A stretch of 64,000 bases of DNA from Fibrobacterales bacterium (GTDB taxonomy: Bacteria > Fibrobacterota > Fibrobacteria > Fibrobacterales > JAOPTW01): the NCBI GenBank assembly GCA_051532055.1, contig JAOPTX010000001.1, positions 19,638-83,637 on the forward strand, written 5' to 3'. Under the pieces are notes generated by a model, which worked only from the letters and a program-made list of their open reading frames with translations, was not told the origin of the DNA and searched no databases. This document shows positions 58,402-64,000 of this stretch, one piece after another; position 1 is the first letter of the stretch, and the number at the start of each line of letters is the position of its first letter. Both the position numbers and the translations under genes were made by a program.

Positions 58402-59742
58402 TTAATGAAGGCTCTGTATAGAAAACTCAAAGAGGAGAGATTGTTCCGAAGATTTAGAAATAGATATTTTCCAATGAAGCATCGTTATAATACAGTGAAA
58501 TTCATTAATGACTTGAATATTGTCTGCTGGGCCAAACAGTGAGGCTATATGATTTGAAATTAGGTCGGGTAAAATAATACAGTGATGTATTGTTATGAGT
58601 GCAGTCGTTGTATCGGAGTCGGCTTGGAGAGAAAGTTCAATTTTTTTGGTTTCATTCGCAACGGTATCTAGTGAGATTGCAGCTTTAAAAGATTTAAAGA
58701 GTAGATCTATAAAGAGTTCTTTTGAAGATTTTACAAAGTATTTGGCCGGCATATCTACAACAATTTCAATGCCATGGTCTTGAAAAGATTTCATAAATAT
58801 ATCGAGAGTATTTTCTATCAATGTATTGATTTCAGTAATGCTACTGATGTTTTCATCATCTATAAATTTTCGGTATGAATTTAAAATATGGGTCACTTCA
58901 TCACTTTTAGCGATAATTCGATTTTGATTCACTTCCATAGTGTTGATGGTATTCACAAAACTATCTTTAATAGATTTCAAAAATGAGAGTAGATGTCCTG
59001 CTTTATCTTGTGTTACCAAAAAATCATAGAGATCAGATGAATGATCATCAAGGAGAGTACATACCTCTCTGAGTTTATCTGTAGGAAGGGACTTAATATC
59101 TTTATTGAGAACATAAATTGCAGTATTAATACTATTCATGCTGTTGCCAATGTTATGAATAACATCTATAGCTATATCTGCTTGCCCTGCTTTATGGGCA
59201 CTATCAATGAGAAGGTTTTGTGTTTTGCCAAGGGCATTGGTTCGCTCTTCAATAATCTCTTCAAGATGGGTTTGGTAGTGCTTGAGTTCTCTGTTTTTAG
59301 TGGTTAACTCTTTGGTTTGTGTCGTAACTTTTTGTTCAAGTTCTTCCTGATAGCGCTCTTTCTCTTTAAGGAGTTCATACTTTTCTAGGAGGCGCTCAAT
59401 GGTGATGGTGAGTATTGAAAAATCCCTGATAGGCTTGAGTACATAGTCCCAAGCCCCTTTATGGAGTGCTTCTATTACATCTTCGGCAACGCCGTTTCCT
59501 GATAATACAATGATGGGAGTTTTGAGTTCTTTTCCTCGCACATATTCAATTAATTCCATACCAGTTTTTTCTGGCATACGCATATCAGTTATAATGAGAT
59601 CGGCTGGATGAGAATCGATTAGTTCACATCCCTCGCGTCCATTGGTTGCGGTGAAAATTTGATAACCACAATCTTCAAGAAATGCTTGGACACTAAAAAG
59701 TATCGAACTGTCATCATCAATCAGGATTATTGTTTTTCCCAT
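58402..59742 (-). CDS. Response regulator receiver fused to a degenerate histidine kinase module
   Basis: REC (IDDD, TDMRMP, GAWDYVLKP), coiled coil, H-box-like VIHNIGNSMNSI; no recognisable N/G1/F/G2 boxes. Confidence 0.8.
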   Translation of the reverse strand: MGKTIILIDDDSSILFSVQAFLEDCGYQIFTATNGREGCELIDSHPADLIITDMRMPEKTGMELIEYVRGKELKTPIIVLSGNGVAEDVIEALHKGAWDYVLKPIRDFSILTITIERLLEKYELLKEKERYQEELEQKVTTQTKELTTKNRELKHYQTHLEEIIEERTNALGKTQNLLIDSAHKAGQADIAIDVIHNIGNSMNSINTAIYVLNKDIKSLPTDKLREVCTLLDDHSSDLYDFLVTQDKAGHLLSFLKSIKDSFVNTINTMEVNQNRIIAKSDEVTHILNSYRKFIDDENISSITEINTLIENTLDIFMKSFQDHGIEIVVDMPAKYFVKSSKELFIDLLFKSFKAAISLDTVANETKKIELSLQADSDTTTALITIHHCIILPDLISNHIASLFGPADNIQVINEFHCIITMLHWKISISKSSEQSLLFEFSIQSLH

Positions 59743-59972
59743 GATTGCCTTTAGGTAGTATTTGTATGATATTACTATAAAAATGCCTATTTATTCAATT
59801 TATTCGTCTAAAAAAAAGCATTTAAGATTGTTTTGTGGTTTCATTTGTAAGCAAGGATACTAAGGTGGGTAACATTCTACATTTATGCAATTGTTTCGCA
59901 CTCATTTGAATAATTTCACCATAGATCAAGTAAAGATTTATATTAGTACCATATCTTTTATTGAAACTACCT

Positions 59973-60704
59973 ATGAGTCAAAATCGTTTTTATACCCTAT
60001 TAAATATTGCTTACGATGAACTATTTCCTCTGAAAGAGGTGACTAAAATATTTTTTGATTGCTATCTCAATCGAGATGCACATGTGTTGGATATAGGCTG
60101 TGCTACAGGGGCACTCAGTTCATTTTTTGCAAAAAGAGTGCAAAAAGTTGTTGGAATCGATGTAAATCAAGCGCTTTTAGAAAGAGCGTCAAATGAGGCA
60201 CATAGACGTGGGGTTGTTATCGACTTCCACAAGGCCTCTATGGTCAATTTGCACGAGTATGTGAATTCTAATTCCCAGTCTCTTATAAGTTGTATTGGAA
60301 ATACCTTACCGCATCTTCATAGTGATGAAGAGTGTATCGCTTTTTTAACTGCGTGTAAGCAAACTCTTGTACAAGGCTGTCCTCTTATTATACAGATCGT
60401 CAATTATGATTGGGTATTAACAGATGAAATTAAAGAACTCCCTCTTATAGATACAGAATCTTATCACTTCAGGAGGACCTATTCGAAAGTACGCACTGAT
60501 GGCCTTATTGATTTTTCCATGGTCTTAAAAGAGACTGCAAGTGGCAAAAAATCGAAATCAACTATTCAATTAAATCCTATAACACAAGAAAAGTTAAAAT
60601 TTTTCCTCAAAACTGCTGGATTTCATGGGATATCACTATATGGGTCTTTTGAAAGAGAACCGCTAGGGCCTCAATCAAAAGGTTTAATCGTTGAAGCTAT
60701 ATAA
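59973..60704 (+). CDS. Class I SAM-dependent methyltransferase
   Basis: VLDIGCATG, GID, CIGNTLPHL, IQIVNYD; probable ATG at 59973. Confidence 0.9.
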   Translation: MSQNRFYTLLNIAYDELFPLKEVTKIFFDCYLNRDAHVLDIGCATGALSSFFAKRVQKVVGIDVNQALLERASNEAHRRGVVIDFHKASMVNLHEYVNSNSQSLISCIGNTLPHLHSDEECIAFLTACKQTLVQGCPLIIQIVNYDWVLTDEIKELPLIDTESYHFRRTYSKVRTDGLIDFSMVLKETASGKKSKSTIQLNPITQEKLKFFLKTAGFHGISLYGSFEREPLGPQSKGLIVEAI

Positions 60705-60842
60705 GTTAACTAAGTATCAGAGTTATTAATTTGATAATTTTTTCCTAAAAAAAGTAAAAGGCTCGATTCCTTTCTGAGAGTGTAGTATAATAGTGCGATA
60801 GAACTGAAAAACAACTCTCACATTAAGCAGTAGGAATCACTC

Positions 60843-62468
60843 ATGAATCCTGATATACAACAAAAAGTTTTTGATCTTACGGAAGCAATAAAAGCTGTAG
60901 AATTTGAAACGGTTGAACTTTTGATTAATGACCTTCTTAAAGGTGATGACAAAAGAATAATACAAAAAGTGATTGTTGAATTGAGTAAAATAGATGAAAA
61001 TCTTATTGAGGCACTCTCCTACTATTTGTCGAGAAATATTAATACAATTGAAGAAGTTCCCATTCTACAAGAAATCTTATTTGCGAAAATTTTGTCACGT
61101 CAGAACACCATTATTGATCTTTTAGAAAAATCTGACGAAGATGAGGAACGAAAATTTTATGTCTATGTGATCGGTGAACTCCGTATAGAAATGGCTGTAC
61201 CAGTGCTAGAAAAGCAGCTTGCACGAACCACTTCTGAATCGTATATTGTCTTTATAATAAAAGCCCTCGGGAAAGTTGGTGATGCTGCAGATGCACGTAT
61301 GATATCTGACTTTTTATATGCTCCAAGCCGTTCTCTTATAACCGAAGCCATTAGGGCTCTCGGGGCAATTGGGTCTCATACCGCAATTAAACAACTCGCT
61401 GAACGCATGGGGACTGATGCTGAATTTGATTCTCTTATTATTGATCAATTTGCTAAGGTACAAGATCATTTAAGTATCGAAAAATTAAATGAAACGATGG
61501 CTTCTCATACGGCACACATCAGAACGTATGGTAAAACAAAACTCATTGATATTGGTCCCAAAGTACTTCCGGTAATTTTGGAAAACTTGGTGAGTGATGA
61601 TATTGATTTTGTGATTCATACCCTAAACGTTTTGGCAGAAATGGATGATGAATCAGCGATAAAACCAATAAGAGATTTGCTACATGGTGAACCACGTGAT
61701 GCAAATATAAGGTTTGCAGCCTATGAAGCACTCGGGAAACTTCCCTTTCAGAAAGTGGCCTATGCCCTTGCAGATGGGCTAAATGATTCAGTTGATAATG
61801 TACGAGTGGCTGCGGCTAAAGCGATAAATAATAACTATTCTGAGGTATTGGGGGCTGGGGTCAAAAATTTGATTCAGTCATCTGCTTTTAATAGTGATGA
61901 AATAATTTCTGCAATTGTAGAGTCAGAGTCTGACCACATTTTTCTGACACTCATCGATGATGATGATTTCAAAGAGAGGATATTTACTTATATTCGCGAA
62001 CAAGCACACGCTGAAGTGGTTAAATTCTTTACCGTCATTTTAACAAAAAACAATAGGGCTGAACTCGTTGTTGAGTTGGCAAATATAGTTGAAAAAGAAA
62101 GTACTGAAGTGTTAATTTATGCTGTTGATGACTCTCGTATGATACTCAATATTTACCGAAGTGCCCTTCATAAACTTGGTTTTGAATGCAAACTTTTTGA
62201 ATTCCCTGAAACAGTACTTCAACAGGTTCAAGATGATAAGCCGAAGTTGATTTTCACTGACCTCAATATGCCGGTCTATTCAGGGATCGATTTGACTAAA
62301 GAGCTTCGTAAAACCTATTCAAAAGAAGAGATTCCTATTGTGATGGTGACTACTCAAAGTGATATTCAAGATAAAAATGCGGCAACTGATGCAGGAGTAA
62401 ACATTGTTTTGAACAAACCATTTACGCCCGAAGATCTTAAAGAAGCATTAAATCAATTTGGATTATAA
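60843..62468 (+). CDS. HEAT-repeat protein with C-terminal response regulator receiver
   Basis: Repeated ALG-IG helices (IRFAAYEALGKL, VRVAAAKA); C-terminal AVDDS, TDLNMP, MVTT, NKPF. Confidence 0.9.
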   Translation: MNPDIQQKVFDLTEAIKAVEFETVELLINDLLKGDDKRIIQKVIVELSKIDENLIEALSYYLSRNINTIEEVPILQEILFAKILSRQNTIIDLLEKSDEDEERKFYVYVIGELRIEMAVPVLEKQLARTTSESYIVFIIKALGKVGDAADARMISDFLYAPSRSLITEAIRALGAIGSHTAIKQLAERMGTDAEFDSLIIDQFAKVQDHLSIEKLNETMASHTAHIRTYGKTKLIDIGPKVLPVILENLVSDDIDFVIHTLNVLAEMDDESAIKPIRDLLHGEPRDANIRFAAYEALGKLPFQKVAYALADGLNDSVDNVRVAAAKAINNNYSEVLGAGVKNLIQSSAFNSDEIISAIVESESDHIFLTLIDDDDFKERIFTYIREQAHAEVVKFFTVILTKNNRAELVVELANIVEKESTEVLIYAVDDSRMILNIYRSALHKLGFECKLFEFPETVLQQVQDDKPKLIFTDLNMPVYSGIDLTKELRKTYSKEEIPIVMVTTQSDIQDKNAATDAGVNIVLNKPFTPEDLKEALNQFGL

Positions 62469-62481
62469 TTAAAAAAAATAA

Positions 62482-63039
62482 TTAGAATATGGTTTCGATC
62501 AAGACCCAATCAAGAAGGTGAGCAGTGCAGTCTTCTCCATCGCATTGTTCAAAATTAACTCCCTTCATAAAGTATTCACTGCTATGACACTGAGAACATT
62601 CATAGAGTCCTGCAATTGCACAGCAGGTAGGGTTATTTGAGTAGTCAGTTCCATTTGGAATTTCGACAATACTTAATTGATCAATGGGGGCACCCATAAT
62701 ATGAGTATGGGCAATTTTGTGATTTTTATTGACGAAGAATTGGCCTCTTTGCTGATAGATTGCAATAGAGTCGTTTAGATAGGCTTTATTTAGAGCGCCT
62801 TCAATTTCTGAATCAACTCCCACAAGACAAAATTTAACTCCGCGATCTTCGTAATCAGAGAGAAGAGATACCAGTGAAATTATGTAGAGATAATCAATTT
62901 CGTGAAGGAGCGCAATATTAAGAGCAATTCTATAGCAGTGGTTTTTGATCGCAGTATCAAGAGTGTAAGTAAGTTCTTCAATTGAACTTTCTTTACTCTC
63001 ATTTGGCTTAAAAATTATTTCGAGGTACTGCTCTATCAC
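62482..63039 (-). CDS. STAS-like domain plus C-terminal zinc-ribbon-like protein
   Basis: IALNIALLHEIDY...LVSL...GVKFCLVGV resembles STAS; GLYECSQC...F-KG--F--C---C C-terminus; start uncertain. Confidence 0.55.
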   Translation of the reverse strand: MIEQYLEIIFKPNESKESSIEELTYTLDTAIKNHCYRIALNIALLHEIDYLYIISLVSLLSDYEDRGVKFCLVGVDSEIEGALNKAYLNDSIAIYQQRGQFFVNKNHKIAHTHIMGAPIDQLSIVEIPNGTDYSNNPTCCAIAGLYECSQCHSSEYFMKGVNFEQCDGEDCTAHLLDWVLIETIF

Positions 63040-63128
63040 AAGATTTACCTTAGAATTATATAGTTGAAATATAATAAATCAGGTTCTACAGATAGGGACA
63101 GAGTGAGTGATGCCCTAAAAATTGTCAT

Positions 63129-63314
63129 TTAGTAATGGGGTGGTGGTGTATTTTCGACAGTCCCATCATCACCCATACCTTCCTGAACTTTATAAATAAG
63201 TTGCTCGAGTGCATCAATTTGGTCTTGTTGCTGTGTTATAATGGTATTCAAGGTGTCGATCATATCTTCTTGATAACTAAATTTTTTCTCAAGCTCGATT
63301 ATGCGATCTTCCAT
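63129..63314 (-). CDS. slyX: SlyX family protein
   Basis: RIIELE-KFSYQE--I--LN--I--QQ--ID-L and terminal PPPHY. Confidence 0.93.
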   Translation of the reverse strand: MEDRIIELEKKFSYQEDMIDTLNTIITQQQDQIDALEQLIYKVQEGMGDDGTVENTPPPHY

Positions 63315-63435
63315 ACAGCCTCATCTAATATTTCTATATTTATGGCAAATATAGAAATTCACTTAAAAGCCGTCCCATAATTGCGAAATTGGTTCAGAAT
63401 AATGATAATAACCGTAATTGGAGCAGAAGGGCTAT

Positions 63436-64000
63436 ATGCGACTCGATAAATTTATAGCAGATACCACAAACTTGTCACGAAAAGAGGCGGGAAAAGTTAT
63501 TAAGCAAGGCCGTATTGCCGTTGCTGGTGTAGTTAATAAAAAAGCGTCTGATCATGTGGACGTTGATACCGAAGTGAGTATCGACGGTGACTTACTTATC
63601 CTACGCACAGACATCTATATTATGATGCATAAACCCAAAGGGGTGATTTGTAGTACCAAAGATTCTCATAATGAGACCGTTCTTGCTTTTCTTGATGACG
63701 ATATCAAAATGCGGTTACCTGCAGCAGCGGGAAGACTCGATAAAGATGTTACAGGGCTCGTTCTTCTAACCAATGATGGAGTATGGAATCACAATATAAC
63801 CTCTCCTCGAAAAGACAAATTTAAAATTTATCAAGTGATTGCTCGAGATATTCTCTCAGAAAAAGATGTTACTCTATTTAAAAAGGGCATTACCCTTTCA
63901 GGAGATGATACTCCGTGTAAACCTGCAGAGTTGATACTCAAAGGTGATAAAGAGGCAGAGCTTCGTATTACAGAAGGACGATATCACCAGGTGAAACGTA
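63436..64000 (+). CDS. rsuA: 16S rRNA pseudouridine synthase RsuA family, truncated by the window end
   Basis: Not in the ORF track; MRLDKFIA S4 domain, MHKPKGVICS, AGRLDKDVTGLVLLTNDG, ITEGRYHQVKR. Confidence 0.9.
   Translation, partial: MRLDKFIADTTNLSRKEAGKVIKQGRIAVAGVVNKKASDHVDVDTEVSIDGDLLILRTDIYIMMHKPKGVICSTKDSHNETVLAFLDDDIKMRLPAAAGRLDKDVTGLVLLTNDGVWNHNITSPRKDKFKIYQVIARDILSEKDVTLFKKGITLSGDDTPCKPAELILKGDKEAELRITEGRYHQVKR

Overview
AT-rich bacterial chromosomal window with no rRNA, tRNA, CRISPR array or intact mobile element visible. Repeated TAnnTTTG promoter-like boxes and the protein repertoire suggest an FCB-group host, possibly Fibrobacterota (inference only). The dominant feature is a Proteobacteria-type type VI secretion locus (tssK-L-M-A-B-C-hcp-E-F-G-clpV-vgrG-DUF2169, 24.3-43.5 kb) with no recognisable tssJ. 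Upstream lie unusual satellites: a DUF2169-PAAR-LysM-1179 aa operon, two mosaic near-duplicate lipoprotein genes, an orphan degenerate TssB-TssC-like fusion, and a divergent PEGA/beta-barrel/FGE-sulfatase gene; three CRP/FNR-like boxes and one weaker candidate fall in this part of the window. Downstream are a YafY/WYL pseudogene, a Cys-rich secreted peptide, and a DUF692 (MNIO)/DUF2063 RiPP-type cluster whose precursor is a lipoprotein with a duplicated 6-Cys domain. The rest holds redox/metal genes (rubrerythrin-like, CDGSH, MarR, YceI), a two-component cluster, housekeeping genes (Nif3-like, tcdA, slyX, partial rsuA) and a 2369 aa cadherin-like repeat surface protein. All family calls come from motif recognition by eye; no database searches were run.
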